NCBI GenBank assembly: GCA_964558915.1
Contig: CAZLFV010000002.1
Location: 20,501 to 84,500, forward strand
Direction of reading: 5' to 3'
DNA from: an uncultured Eubacteriales bacterium
GTDB taxonomy: Bacteria > Acidobacteriota > Aminicenantia > Aminicenantales > UBA8522
DNA: 64,000 nt
A model generated the notes under the pieces. It did not search any database and was not told the origin of the DNA. It saw only the letters and a list, made by a program, of their open reading frames with translations. Positions 24,837 to 34,818 of the stretch are shown in pieces. The position numbers and the translations under genes were made by a program. Each line of letters starts with the position of its first letter. Within the stretch, counting starts at the first letter, position 1.

Positions 24837-27190
24837 ACCCAGATCGGCGAAAGATCAGAAGTATTTTCAAAGCGGCCGAAGCCGACGAGAGAAATTTCCT
24901 CCTTGAGCACGAGGTTTATGCGCTTCTCCGGGCCTCGGGGATCGAAGTCCCGCGTTTTTTCTTTGTCCAAAAGGGAGACCGGGCTGTTCCCCAGAAGCTC
25001 GCGGCCCTCGGGTCCGACCAGGTCGTCCTCAAGATCGTCTCTCCCTCCATCATCCACAAAACAGATGTGGGGGGAGTTGTTTTCGTCAGAAATAGCGCTG
25101 CCGAAGTCAACCGGGCGATCAAACGGATGCTGGCCGAAGTTCCAAAAAGATATACGGAATGGGCCAGGACATTCGGCAACGCAAAAAAGCCTTCTCTCCA
25201 GAAGTCCAAACCAGATATCCGCGGGATCCTGGTTTTGGAAAAGGTGCTTTTTCTAACTATTGGTTTAGGTTCAGAGCTGTTGCTGGGGATCCGGCACTCT
25301 CGAGAGTTCGGGCCTGTCGTCACCATGGGTCTCGGCGGACTCGACGTCGAATACGTCAGTGAAAGGATAAAGGAGGAACAGGCTGTCGGTATCGGCTCGG
25401 CTTATCTTCTGGAGAAAAAGGACATCGTCCACTTGATCGAGTCCCTGGCTTTCTACGATAAGCTGACCAAAGACTTCAGGGGTCAGAAAGCGGCGCTCCC
25501 GGAAAAACCCCTCGTCGAGGTCTATGACAGTTTTCGAAGGCTGGCCAGGTGTTTTTCTCCCTGCGTCAAGAGCTCGCCTTATGTTATTGAAGAAGCGGAG
25601 ATCAACCCTCTTGTGGTGCGCTCCGGAAACCTTGTCGCCCTTGACGGGATGTGCCGGTTTTCGAGACTCCAGGAGAAACCCAAAACACGGCCGGCCATAG
25701 GCATCGACCGTCTTCTTCATCCCCAGTCGATCGGCATCGTCGGTGTTTCTGAAAGGATGAATCTCGGCCACTTCATTTTGAACAACATCCTGAGAGAAGG
25801 ATTTCCCAGGGATCGTGTCTATGTCGTCAAACCGGGGATTCAGGAGATCGAGGGCTGTCTCTGTGTCCCGACGGTCTTTGATCTGCCCGAGGCGGTCGAC
25901 CTTTTTGTTTTAACTCTAGCGGCCGACCAGAGCATTGGAGTAATCGAACAATTGATATCGGCAGAAAAAGCCCGCTCTGTCATCCTTATCGCCGGAGGAA
26001 TCGGAGAGAAAAAGGGGACAGAAGCCTTAGAGGCAAGGATCCAGGGCCTCTTGATGGAGAGTCGCAAGCAAGGAAAGGTTGTGCCTGTGGTCAACGGCGG
26101 GAACTGCATGGGAATCTATTCAGGGCCGGGACGATATGACACGACTTTCATCCCCGCGTACAAACTGGCTCCGCCGAAAAAAAGTCATCCCCGTTTGGCC
26201 TATATCAGCCAGAGCGGTGCGTTCATGGCCTCACGGATGAGCAAAATCCCTCTGGCCGAACCACTTTATGCGGTCTCTCTCGGCAACCAGATTGATCTGA
26301 CGGCTTCCGATTACCTGGACTATTTTAAAAGCAGACCGGAAATTTCTCTCTGCGCCCTCTATATCGAGGGATTTAAACCTGGAGACGGCCTTTCTCTGGC
26401 CAGGGCAGCCAAGGAGGCCGTCCTGAGAGGGAAGATGGTCCTCGTCTACAAGAGCGGCAGGACTCCCGAGGGCAAGCAGGCGACCTCGAGCCACACCGCC
26501 TCTGTGGCCGGTGACTACGCGGCCTGCCGTGCGGTCTTGAAAAGCGCAGGAGTCTTTGTGGCTGAGACGATCGCGGAGTTTGAAAGCGGGTTGAAAAACC
26601 TTTTGCCTCTCGCAGCCAAGAGCCCGGCCGGGAAGCGTGTCGGGCTGATCAGCAACGCCGGGTTTGAATGCGTGATCCTGGCGGACAGCCTCAAGAACGG
26701 CCCGGCGCTCGAGCTGGCTTCTTTTTCGGAACACACACAATCCGCTCTGGCGAAATATCTCCAGCCCCTGGGAATCGACCGGCTCCAGGATATTCGTAAC
26801 CCGCTGGATATTACTCCTGTGGCGGACGACGCAGCGTTTGCCGGTTGCGTCGAAGCGATGCTGGCCGAAGAGGGGGTCGACTGCGCTGTTGTTTCGCCCG
26901 TGCCGATGACGGCGGCATTGCAGACGCTCGCTCCCGGAGAGTCCCACCGCGAGAATATCTACAGCCCCCAGAGCATCGGGAAGCGCCTGGCCGATATTTT
27001 CCAAAAAACCAGCAAGCCGTTTGTTGTCAATATCGATGCCGGAGCGCTCTATCAGCCGTTGGTTGACCTTTTGGAAGAAGCTGGAGTTCCCGTGTTCAGG
27101 CGCGCCGACGAAGCGCTCCGCTTCCTGGGCAAATTCGTTCACACCTGCCTGAGAGTCGGCGAACTCCGCTGCCGGCAGCGTACGGACTGA
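24833..27190 (+). CDS. ADP-forming acyl-CoA synthetase (ACD, NDP-forming), ATP-grasp domain first
   Basis: N-terminal ATP-grasp segment (LLEHEVYALLRASGIEVP, VVLKIVSPSIIHKTDVGGVV). Then a CoA-binding segment (PQSIGIVGVSERMNLG). Phosphohistidine loop SSHTASVAGD. ATGA overlap with iorB. Confidence 0.8.
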   Translation: MNPDRRKIRSIFKAAEADERNFLLEHEVYALLRASGIEVPRFFFVQKGDRAVPQKLAALGSDQVVLKIVSPSIIHKTDVGGVVFVRNSAAEVNRAIKRMLAEVPKRYTEWARTFGNAKKPSLQKSKPDIRGILVLEKVLFLTIGLGSELLLGIRHSREFGPVVTMGLGGLDVEYVSERIKEEQAVGIGSAYLLEKKDIVHLIESLAFYDKLTKDFRGQKAALPEKPLVEVYDSFRRLARCFSPCVKSSPYVIEEAEINPLVVRSGNLVALDGMCRFSRLQEKPKTRPAIGIDRLLHPQSIGIVGVSERMNLGHFILNNILREGFPRDRVYVVKPGIQEIEGCLCVPTVFDLPEAVDLFVLTLAADQSIGVIEQLISAEKARSVILIAGGIGEKKGTEALEARIQGLLMESRKQGKVVPVVNGGNCMGIYSGPGRYDTTFIPAYKLAPPKKSHPRLAYISQSGAFMASRMSKIPLAEPLYAVSLGNQIDLTASDYLDYFKSRPEISLCALYIEGFKPGDGLSLARAAKEAVLRGKMVLVYKSGRTPEGKQATSSHTASVAGDYAACRAVLKSAGVFVAETIAEFESGLKNLLPLAAKSPAGKRVGLISNAGFECVILADSLKNGPALELASFSEHTQSALAKYLQPLGIDRLQDIRNPLDITPVADDAAFAGCVEAMLAEEGVDCAVVSPVPMTAALQTLAPGESHRENIYSPQSIGKRLADIFQKTSKPFVVNIDAGALYQPLVDLLEEAGVPVFRRADEALRFLGKFVHTCLRVGELRCRQRTD

Positions 27191-27245
27191 GGCCGTGCCC
27201 GCCGTCCTTTTAAAAAGAAACGACGCCTTTAAAAAAGGAGCAGTG

Positions 27246-29057
27246 ATGAGATCGATCATTCGAAGATCGGCGCTTTTTTTGGCTCTCGTTTTATCCATGT
27301 CTCCCCGAATAGGGAGCCTTCTTTTCTCCGCTGAAGTTCCCAGGCCGGAATACCCCCGGCCGGAAATGGTGAGGCCAGACTGGCTCTGCTTGAACGGCTG
27401 GTGGGATTTCGTCCTTGACCCTTCCGATAGCGGTGAAGAAAGGGGCTTTGTTCGCGGGGAAGGGTTCGACAAGAAAATTCTCGTGCCCTTTGCGGCCGAA
27501 AGCCCGCTGTCTGGAATCGGCAACCTGGATTTCATGACAGCCGTCTGGTATAAACGGACTTTTGTCCTGCCCGAAAGCTGGAAAGAGAAAAGAGTCCTGC
27601 TTCATTTTGAGGCCTGCGATTACAAGACGACCGTCTGGATTAACTTGAAAAAAGCCGGTGAACACGAGGGCGGCTACACGCCCTTTTCTTTTGATGTGAC
27701 TGACTTTTTGAGTTCAGGCGAAAACCTTCTTGTGGTTAAAGCCTACGATGATGTCAGGAGTGGCCTCCAGCCCGCTGGAAAGCAAAGTCAGCGCCTGCAT
27801 TCCTATAGCTGCCTCTATCGGAGGACGACGGGCATTTGGCAGACGGTCTGGCTGGAGCCTGTGGCTCCTAACTTTATCGCCAGGTACCGGGTCTACCCCG
27901 ATGCCGACAACGGAGAGGCGCTTATTCTTGTCGAATTGCGTCACGCCCCGAGCGAAGGAATACTCAGCCTTCGCGTGAAGGATAAAGGCAGGGAGGAATT
28001 TGCCGCCCAGAAAAAAGCAGCCAAGAGCGTCTTTTTTTTGGTGAGGTTCAAAAACGCTCAGCTCTGGAACGTTCGCCGACCCCATCTTTATGACCTTGAG
28101 GTCGCCTATCTCGTCGGGAATCGCGAACTGGACAAGGTCAACGGCTATTTTGGGTTGAGAAAAATTGAGGCCCGGGAGAACAAAATTTATCTCAACAACC
28201 GGCCGCTCTTCCTCCGCACCGTCCTCGACCAGGGATTTTATCCCGATGGAATATATACGGCTCCCTCAGACCAGGCGCTCAAGAATGATATCGAGATCTC
28301 GCTGGGCTTGGGGTTTGACGGCGCCCGTCTGCACCAGCGCGTTTTTGAACGCCGCTTCCTCTATTGGGCCGACAGGCTGGGCTATCTTGTTTGGGGAGAA
28401 TTTGCCGATTGGGGCCTCGACCTCTCCCAGCCTGAATCCTATCTTGTCTTCACTTGTCAGTGGGGCGAAGCGCTGGAACGAGATTTTAACCATCCCGCCC
28501 TGATCGGTTGGTGTCCGCTGAACGAACGATGGAGCTCATCTTTTCCAGGAACCATCGAGAACATCTTCCATTTCACCAAGCTTATCGACACGACCCGGCT
28601 GGTTATTGATTCATCCGGTGGATATCACTTTGCGTCTTCAGATGTTTATGATTCTCACAATTACGAACAGGATGCGGCGAAATTCAAAGCCGCCTATGAC
28701 GGCCTTCTCCAAACGCCCCCCGTTGTTTTTGTCAACGGAGAGAGGGAACTCAACAGGCCGTATCAGAGACAGCCCTATTATGTCAGTGAGTACGGGGGCA
28801 TTTGGTGGAACCCTGGCCAGAAGGACGACAAGGCCTGGGGCTACGGCGAACGGCCGCGGACCGAAAAGGAGTTTCTCGAACGCTACAAGACGCTCACGGA
28901 GGCCCTGCTCCTCAACCCTAAGGTGGCCGGGTTCTGCTATACTCAGCTTTATGATATCGAACAGGAAGTGAACGGGCTTTACTCGTTTGACCGCAAGCCC
29001 AAATTCAACCCGGACACAATCAGGCGTATCAACCAGCAAAAAGCCGCCATCGAATAG
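27246..29057 (+). CDS. Secreted glycoside hydrolase family 2 protein
   Basis: Signal peptide MRSIIRRSALFLALVLSMS. GH2 sugar-binding landmarks: NGWWDF, HEGGYTPFSFDVTDFL, NLLVVKAYD. The downstream region is consistent with a GH2 catalytic (TIM-barrel) domain. Confidence 0.75.
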   Translation: MRSIIRRSALFLALVLSMSPRIGSLLFSAEVPRPEYPRPEMVRPDWLCLNGWWDFVLDPSDSGEERGFVRGEGFDKKILVPFAAESPLSGIGNLDFMTAVWYKRTFVLPESWKEKRVLLHFEACDYKTTVWINLKKAGEHEGGYTPFSFDVTDFLSSGENLLVVKAYDDVRSGLQPAGKQSQRLHSYSCLYRRTTGIWQTVWLEPVAPNFIARYRVYPDADNGEALILVELRHAPSEGILSLRVKDKGREEFAAQKKAAKSVFFLVRFKNAQLWNVRRPHLYDLEVAYLVGNRELDKVNGYFGLRKIEARENKIYLNNRPLFLRTVLDQGFYPDGIYTAPSDQALKNDIEISLGLGFDGARLHQRVFERRFLYWADRLGYLVWGEFADWGLDLSQPESYLVFTCQWGEALERDFNHPALIGWCPLNERWSSSFPGTIENIFHFTKLIDTTRLVIDSSGGYHFASSDVYDSHNYEQDAAKFKAAYDGLLQTPPVVFVNGERELNRPYQRQPYYVSEYGGIWWNPGQKDDKAWGYGERPRTEKEFLERYKTLTEALLLNPKVAGFCYTQLYDIEQEVNGLYSFDRKPKFNPDTIRRINQQKAAIE

Positions 29058-29121
29058 GCGGTAGTTTTGGCTATCAACCTCGGTTCGACGAAAGAAAACG
29101 AATCTGCTAAAATGCTTTCTC

Positions 29122-30045
29122 ATGCGCCATCGAACCAGGCTGCTTATTATTCTTATTGGTCTGGTTTTAATCCTATTTGGAGGAGGCGGACACAATCTTA
29201 TGGGAAGAAAAGCCAAGGAAGCGAATTCTCTGAGCCGTTTTTTTCCCGTGGAAATAAATGGCTGGAGGGTTGAGGGCAGAGACGAGTCCTATGATCCGCA
29301 ATCGATTTTTGATTATATCGACGGAGCAGGGGAAGTTTATCGGGCCTATAATTTCGAGCGCCTGGTCGCCAGGCGCTACCGAAAAGACGGAGAACCTGAC
29401 CTGATTGCGGACTTTTTTGATATGGGCACTGCCAGTGACGCCTTCGGCGTCTTCACTCATGACCTCGAAGGAGAAACCGTCGAAATTGGACAAGGCGCGG
29501 TTTATAAAGGAGGGCTGCTCTCTTTTTGGAAGGACCGCTATTTCGTTTCTCTCTATGCCGAGGCCGAGACGGCCACGTCCAAGCAGGCTCTTTTAGGTTT
29601 AGGCAAAGAGATTGATTCAGCCATCCCGGCCCGGGGAAAGAAACCGGTACTCCTCTCTTATGTGCCGGACAGTTTCGACCTCAAGACGATTCGCTATTTC
29701 CACAGCCATTTGATCCTGAACTATCATTTCTTCGTCTCGGTCGAGAATATCCTCCATCTCGGCCCGGACACAGAAGCGGCGCTGGCTTCTTCCGGAGACA
29801 AGCCGGACATTGTCCGATTGCTGATCATCCGCTATCCTGATGCTCCGTCAGCGGTTCTTGCACTTCGGAGCTTTGCCAAGGCCTATATGCCCGATGCTGG
29901 TGAACCGGAGTTGGTCCAGACCGAGGACAAAAATTGGACCGCAGTCAAAAATAAAGGCGATTATCTGGCCATTATTTTCAATGCCCGTTCGCCTGATCAA
30001 GCGAGAAAAATTCTTGCTTCAGTCGGAGAAAAAATTGTTGATTGA
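29122..30045 (+). CDS. Membrane-anchored hypothetical protein
   Basis: One N-terminal TM helix (LLIILIGLVLILFGGG) and about 270 aa of soluble domain. I recognise no motif with confidence. Confidence 0.5.
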   Translation: MRHRTRLLIILIGLVLILFGGGGHNLMGRKAKEANSLSRFFPVEINGWRVEGRDESYDPQSIFDYIDGAGEVYRAYNFERLVARRYRKDGEPDLIADFFDMGTASDAFGVFTHDLEGETVEIGQGAVYKGGLLSFWKDRYFVSLYAEAETATSKQALLGLGKEIDSAIPARGKKPVLLSYVPDSFDLKTIRYFHSHLILNYHFFVSVENILHLGPDTEAALASSGDKPDIVRLLIIRYPDAPSAVLALRSFAKAYMPDAGEPELVQTEDKNWTAVKNKGDYLAIIFNARSPDQARKILASVGEKIVD

Positions 30046-30089
30046 TACTCAATCGGATAAAATATTTTTGTAATCCGCAAGGAGAGTGC

Positions 30090-30983
30090 ATGCCGGAGAA
30101 AATTTTTACCCGCCGAGATTTTTTGAAGATGGCTGCAATCGCCCCGTTGGCCGGAGCCGTCAAGCCAGGCTTTGCGGGGGTTTTTGAGAAAGGTCCTGCA
30201 GACAAAGTCAGGGTTGTCCTGGTCCGCGACAAGGAGGCGCTGGATTCTGCGGGGAGGCACAATCCCGGAGCCATTCAGAAAATGCTGGATGATGCCGTCA
30301 TGGCGCTGTTCGGCGAAAAAACTCCGGCCGAAGCCTGGAGGAGGATCATCAAGCCTTCGGATACTGTGGGCGTTAAAACTAACGTCTGGAGTTATCTCCC
30401 AACCGGACGGGCCGTTGAGGAGGCGCTCAAAAAAAGGATCATGGAAGTTGGCGTTTCCGAGGAGCGTATCTCGATTACTGATAGGGGAGTCCTCGGAGAC
30501 CGGGTTTTCCAGAATGCCACCGTCCTCATTAATGCCCGGCCTGCGAGAACCCACCATTGGGCCGGTATGGGCGGCTGCATCAAGAACATGATCATGTTCG
30601 TCCCCGCGCCGTGGGCTTATCATGCGGATGCCTGCGCGGACTTGGCAACGATCTGGAATCTTCCTTCGATCAAGGGCAAAACCAGGCTGAATATTCTTCT
30701 CCTGCTGACTCCTCTCTTCCACGGGATCGGCCCTCATCACTATAGCGCCCAATACGTCTGGCCGTATAAGGGGATTCTTGTCGGCCAGGATCCTGTCGCT
30801 GTTGACGCCACCGGAGTCAGGATTTTGCAGGCCAAGCGCCTGCAGTTCTTTGGCGAAGAGCGGCCGCTGCAGCCGCCGGCCCAACACATCGTACTTGCGG
30901 ACACAAGGCATCACCTCGGAGTCAGCAGCCCCGACCGGATCGAGCTTGTCAAAATCGGCTGGCAAGAGAATATTCTTATATAG
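30090..30983 (+). CDS. Tat-exported DUF362-like protein
   Basis: Start MPEKIFTRRDFLKMAAIAPLAGA (twin-arginine signal), preceded by AGGAGA. Body resembles DUF362 (VVLVRD, PSDTVGVKTNVW). The family call is from memory, so it is moderate. Confidence 0.55.
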   Translation: MPEKIFTRRDFLKMAAIAPLAGAVKPGFAGVFEKGPADKVRVVLVRDKEALDSAGRHNPGAIQKMLDDAVMALFGEKTPAEAWRRIIKPSDTVGVKTNVWSYLPTGRAVEEALKKRIMEVGVSEERISITDRGVLGDRVFQNATVLINARPARTHHWAGMGGCIKNMIMFVPAPWAYHADACADLATIWNLPSIKGKTRLNILLLLTPLFHGIGPHHYSAQYVWPYKGILVGQDPVAVDATGVRILQAKRLQFFGEERPLQPPAQHIVLADTRHHLGVSSPDRIELVKIGWQENILI

Positions 30984-30993
30984 GAGTTCGGCA

Positions 30994-31365
30994 ATGCCTA
31001 TATACGAGTACCGCTGCCGGGATTGCGGGAAAAAATCCACTTTTGTGACCCTTTCGGTGAAATCCGCCCTCCGGCCGAAATGCAGGAAATGTGGCAGCGT
31101 GAACCTGGATAAGCTCGTCTCGCGGATTTCCGTATCCCGCTCTGAAGAGAGCCGCATGGAAAGCTTGGCCGACCCCTCCAAGCTGGCCGGGCTGGATGAA
31201 AAAGACCCCAAGAGCATCGCCCGCTGGATGAAGAAGATGGGCAAAGAAATGGGCGAGGAGATGGGCGAGGACTTTGACCAGTCTATTGAGGAAGCCATGG
31301 AGGAGGAAAGCACGAGGGGGGAAAAGGACAGCGGAGGAAACGTCGGGGAGAGTGACGAATTCTAG
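30994..31365 (+). CDS. FmdB-family zinc-ribbon protein with acidic tail
   Basis: MPIYEYRCRDCGK followed by CRKCGS is the CxxC-CxxC FmdB signature. TAGGAG ribosome-binding site. The ORF-track start at 30778 is an upstream extension overlapping the previous gene. Confidence 0.8.
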   Translation: MPIYEYRCRDCGKKSTFVTLSVKSALRPKCRKCGSVNLDKLVSRISVSRSEESRMESLADPSKLAGLDEKDPKSIARWMKKMGKEMGEEMGEDFDQSIEEAMEEESTRGEKDSGGNVGESDEF

Positions 31366-31398
31366 GAAATCCGCTTTTTAGCATTTGGCGGGGTCCTT

Positions 31399-32601
31399 TT
31401 ATTCCTGGACATTGAATAGCAGCCGGGCGCCGAACTGTCCGCCTTCGGTTTCCGCTGAGTAAAAAGAGGCGTTGATCGCTCCCAGAGGTCTGACCGCAAT
31501 TCCCAGTATCTTTCCATCAATCAAGCGTTGCAGGACCGGCCTTGAGATGGTCAGGTAGGTCTGGCCGCCCTTTCCTTCAGTGACGGGCCAATCGATGATC
31601 ATCTGAGGGTTTAGGACGCGATCGAGAGGTTGCCCCCGGCAGAGGCTGGCAAACGTGACCGCATCTCTTTTCCAGTACGGGTCACCGCCCAGGATTTCGA
31701 CGACTCTGATCAACCCGAAATCAGGCACATCGTCCAAGGTCCGTTCGACGGAATGCGTTGTGAGCTCCAGCAGGCCGTGGCCGGCCGCTTTTTTCCCAGC
31801 AAACGAGCCGAGGTCCCATCGGAGGATGATCGACTGAGTTCCGCCCGCCGTCAGCACACGGGTTCTCCGCCCGGCGTCTTCGACAGACCAGTGGCTAAAG
31901 TTCATGTCGGGATACTCGAGGTCAACCATCCCCTCCGCGGCCACTCGGACGGAATGCGCGAACGTCTTAGGGTCTGGAAGGGGCGGATGGTACGGGACTG
32001 GATCTCCCTCGTCCAGTCCGGCAAGTGCCACATTCACGACATCCACCTTAATATAATCCACATCGACCCGGTATTTTCCCAGTCCCCAGTCCATAAGGGC
32101 AAGCTGACCGTTCACGGTGTCTCCCGGCTTCGCCTCGAAATCGCGGGTGGTCATGCTGATTGTGTGCCAGTTCTGGGCATCCGCGATGTCGAACTCCATG
32201 AGATGGGTGTGAAAATCTGTCGTTTTTTGGGTGTTGAGATGAAGGTTCACCCGGCGGGGCGCCTCGCTCACTCGGATGCGCGCTTGGATGCGGAGCTCGT
32301 AGCCCTGCTCCTTCAAGCGGTCGAGGTAGAGATCGCCGGAGACTGTCCGTTTGATCAGGGCCCACCAGACGTTCCGCCGGTCTTTGGTCGCGTCGACCAG
32401 AATGGAAGCGTAACCGTCCCCTTGGCGGAAATCCATGACGGCCTTTCCTTCTCCGGTGAAAAACGCCCAGCCGGTAGCTCCGGTCGGGTCTTTCTTCAGG
32501 GGCCCGTTGAAATCTTCGATAAATTGGGCCGAAGTCTGCCGGGAAATCAGAATGCCGCCAACAAGAACAAGGAGCCATGTTGTCCAATGAAGTTGCTTCA
32601 T
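31399..32601 (-). CDS. Secreted hypothetical protein
   Basis: Signal peptide WLLVLVGGILISRQTSAQ. Sequence looks beta-rich. No recognised catalytic motif. Confidence 0.5.
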   Translation of the reverse strand: MKQLHWTTWLLVLVGGILISRQTSAQFIEDFNGPLKKDPTGATGWAFFTGEGKAVMDFRQGDGYASILVDATKDRRNVWWALIKRTVSGDLYLDRLKEQGYELRIQARIRVSEAPRRVNLHLNTQKTTDFHTHLMEFDIADAQNWHTISMTTRDFEAKPGDTVNGQLALMDWGLGKYRVDVDYIKVDVVNVALAGLDEGDPVPYHPPLPDPKTFAHSVRVAAEGMVDLEYPDMNFSHWSVEDAGRRTRVLTAGGTQSIILRWDLGSFAGKKAAGHGLLELTTHSVERTLDDVPDFGLIRVVEILGGDPYWKRDAVTFASLCRGQPLDRVLNPQMIIDWPVTEGKGGQTYLTISRPVLQRLIDGKILGIAVRPLGAINASFYSAETEGGQFGARLLFNVQE

Positions 32602-32607
32602 TAAGTA

Positions 32608-33723
32608 TTAGAGTGCTTTTCCCAGCTCCTGTAGGAGTCTGTTGATGTGTTCGTCAGTATGAATTGAAAAAACGGTCACCCTGAGCACACCTTCCGCCGG
32701 CGCGCCGATATACTTAAGATAGGCGATGGCGATCCCGTGGCTCATGAGCGACCTTTGAACCTTCTTCATTTTTTCAGCCGACCCCATCGACCAGGCCACA
32801 ATCGGCACAGGACCTTCGTGGACTGGCACGCCCAACTTCTTCATCCCGGCTTTCACAAGGGCAACATTCTTCCTCAGCCTTTCCCTCATTTCCGGATGAT
32901 TTCTCAAGATTTCGATGCCCCGGGCTGTTGCCGCCGCGATCGGGGTCGGCGTCGGTGTTGACCCGATATAAGCCCCCACCGTGCCTCTGGCCGCGGCGAT
33001 CATTTTTTTCCCTCCGATAACAAACCCTCCATACCCGCCAAAAGCCTTGCTCAGCGTCCCGGCGAGATGCAGACGATCTGACGCCACCCCGAAATGTTCG
33101 GCCGTCCCTCGGCCGTTATGTCCCAAGACTCCAACGCCATGGGCATCGTCCAGGCCGATCATCCCCTGATAAGGCGCCAGAACATCCAGGTAGTCCGGCA
33201 CAGGTGCGATATGCCCAAAGGTCGGGAAAATCCCGTCGGTCATAAGAAAAGGTATTTGACGGGCTTTGAGTTTTTTTTTGAGTTTCCTTTGGAGGTCTTC
33301 GGGATCACGGTGACGGAACCTCCAAATGGGCTTTCCCAGAGAATGAACTGAGTCTGTGATACAAAAGTGGGCCTCCTCGTCAACAAAGACGGCATCATAA
33401 TTTTCGGCTAGGCTCTGGGCCAGGATCAGGCTGCTCAGGTATCCTGAGCTAAAATAAGCCGCATCGGGCTCTCCAAAAAATTCCTTCAGCCGTTCCTCCA
33501 CCTCGAGCAGAACAGGGTTATTCCCGAACCCGGCGCGCGACGTGGCGCTGTGCGTGCCGTATTTCCTAAAGGCTTCGACCCCAGCCCGGATCAAGTCCGG
33601 GTGGCCGTGCAATCCGAAATAGCTCGTTCCAGCAAAATACAGGAATCGTTTGCCCCCGATGATCGTCTCTGCCCCGGGGGCGCTCTCTATTCCGTTTAAG
33701 GTATTGGCTATTTTTTTAGACAC
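32608..33723 (-). CDS. PLP-dependent alpha-oxoamine synthase family enzyme (BioF/Kbl-like)
   Basis: FAGTSYFGLHGHP, DDAHGVGVLGHNGRGT, and TLSKAFGGYGGFV containing the PLP lysine. Confidence 0.8.
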   Translation of the reverse strand: MSKKIANTLNGIESAPGAETIIGGKRFLYFAGTSYFGLHGHPDLIRAGVEAFRKYGTHSATSRAGFGNNPVLLEVEERLKEFFGEPDAAYFSSGYLSSLILAQSLAENYDAVFVDEEAHFCITDSVHSLGKPIWRFRHRDPEDLQRKLKKKLKARQIPFLMTDGIFPTFGHIAPVPDYLDVLAPYQGMIGLDDAHGVGVLGHNGRGTAEHFGVASDRLHLAGTLSKAFGGYGGFVIGGKKMIAAARGTVGAYIGSTPTPTPIAAATARGIEILRNHPEMRERLRKNVALVKAGMKKLGVPVHEGPVPIVAWSMGSAEKMKKVQRSLMSHGIAIAYLKYIGAPAEGVLRVTVFSIHTDEHINRLLQELGKAL

Positions 33724-33726
33724 GTT

Positions 33727-34818
33727 TTAGACTTTGGGCAGTTTTTTCAGGAAGGCCGGGTCGACGTCCACGCCCAGACCAGGCTCTCGGGGAAGGGTGA
33801 TTGAGCCGCCCTTGACAATCATCCCTCCTTTAACCGGGTCGACCGTGTGGGACGCATTCCCGTCGAGGTCGGCAAAAATAATGTTGCTTTGCGCGGCCAT
33901 GAGATGCGCCGCTGCGGTCAGGGCGAGCCGCGTTTCCAGCATGCACCCGACCATGGCCCGGATATTAGCGCTTTCGCCGACGTGAGCGATCTTGAGAGCA
34001 TTCCATATTCCACCGGATTTCATCAGCTTGATGTTGAAATAATCGCAGGCGTCTTCTCTCACGAGCCGGATGGCATCATGGGGGGAAAAGAGGGCCTCAT
34101 CGGCCATGATAGGAATCGGGCTCATCCGGCGGACGGCCCGCAGCCCGGCTAGGTCCCAGGCGGCGACCGGCTGTTCCACGTATTGGATCTTATATTTTTC
34201 CATTCTTTTCAGCGCCGAAATGGCCTGAGGAACCGTCCAGCCTTGATTAGCATCGATGCTGATTTCCTTGCCGTAGCCGATGGCGTCCCTGATCGCCTCG
34301 AGCCGGGCGATATCCATGTCCGGATCCTGGCCCACCTTGATTTTAATCTTTCTGTATCCCGCTGTGACGAATTGCTTCGCCTTTGCCGCCATTTTTTTGG
34401 GCACATCAAGGTCAGCTGTGATATCCGTCTCGAGAGGTCTCTCGGTGCCCCCGAGAAGCTGGAAAAGGGGCAGAGAGGAGGCCTTGCCGAGGATATCGTA
34501 CAGGGCCATATCAAAAGCGGCAACAACGCTCGGATTCGACCTGACAAAACTCCCGGCCTCCCGGATAAATGGCCCCACTGCGCGCGGGTCTTTTCCGATG
34601 AGCAGGTCCCTCAGGCTTCTGGCCGCAGCAATATTGGTTTCCTGGGTTTCTCCAGTGATAGGCGGGAAAGGGCAGGCCTCGCCGAGACCGAAGAGTCCAG
34701 AATCCGCGCTGATCTTTATGAGCACATTATTTGCCCCCCGCATCGTCCCGATCGAGATCTTGAACGGCTCCCGGAGAGGGATGTCAAAATAGAAAATTTC
34801 GATTTTTCGTACTTTCAT
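33727..34818 (-). CDS. Enolase-superfamily dipeptide epimerase (L-Ala-D/L-Glu epimerase-like)
   Basis: Capping domain IEIFYFDIPLREPFKISIGT. Barrel motifs IKIKVG, IDANQGW, VEQP and MADE carry the metal ligands. Confidence 0.75.
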   Translation of the reverse strand: MKVRKIEIFYFDIPLREPFKISIGTMRGANNVLIKISADSGLFGLGEACPFPPITGETQETNIAAARSLRDLLIGKDPRAVGPFIREAGSFVRSNPSVVAAFDMALYDILGKASSLPLFQLLGGTERPLETDITADLDVPKKMAAKAKQFVTAGYRKIKIKVGQDPDMDIARLEAIRDAIGYGKEISIDANQGWTVPQAISALKRMEKYKIQYVEQPVAAWDLAGLRAVRRMSPIPIMADEALFSPHDAIRLVREDACDYFNIKLMKSGGIWNALKIAHVGESANIRAMVGCMLETRLALTAAAHLMAAQSNIIFADLDGNASHTVDPVKGGMIVKGGSITLPREPGLGVDVDPAFLKKLPKV

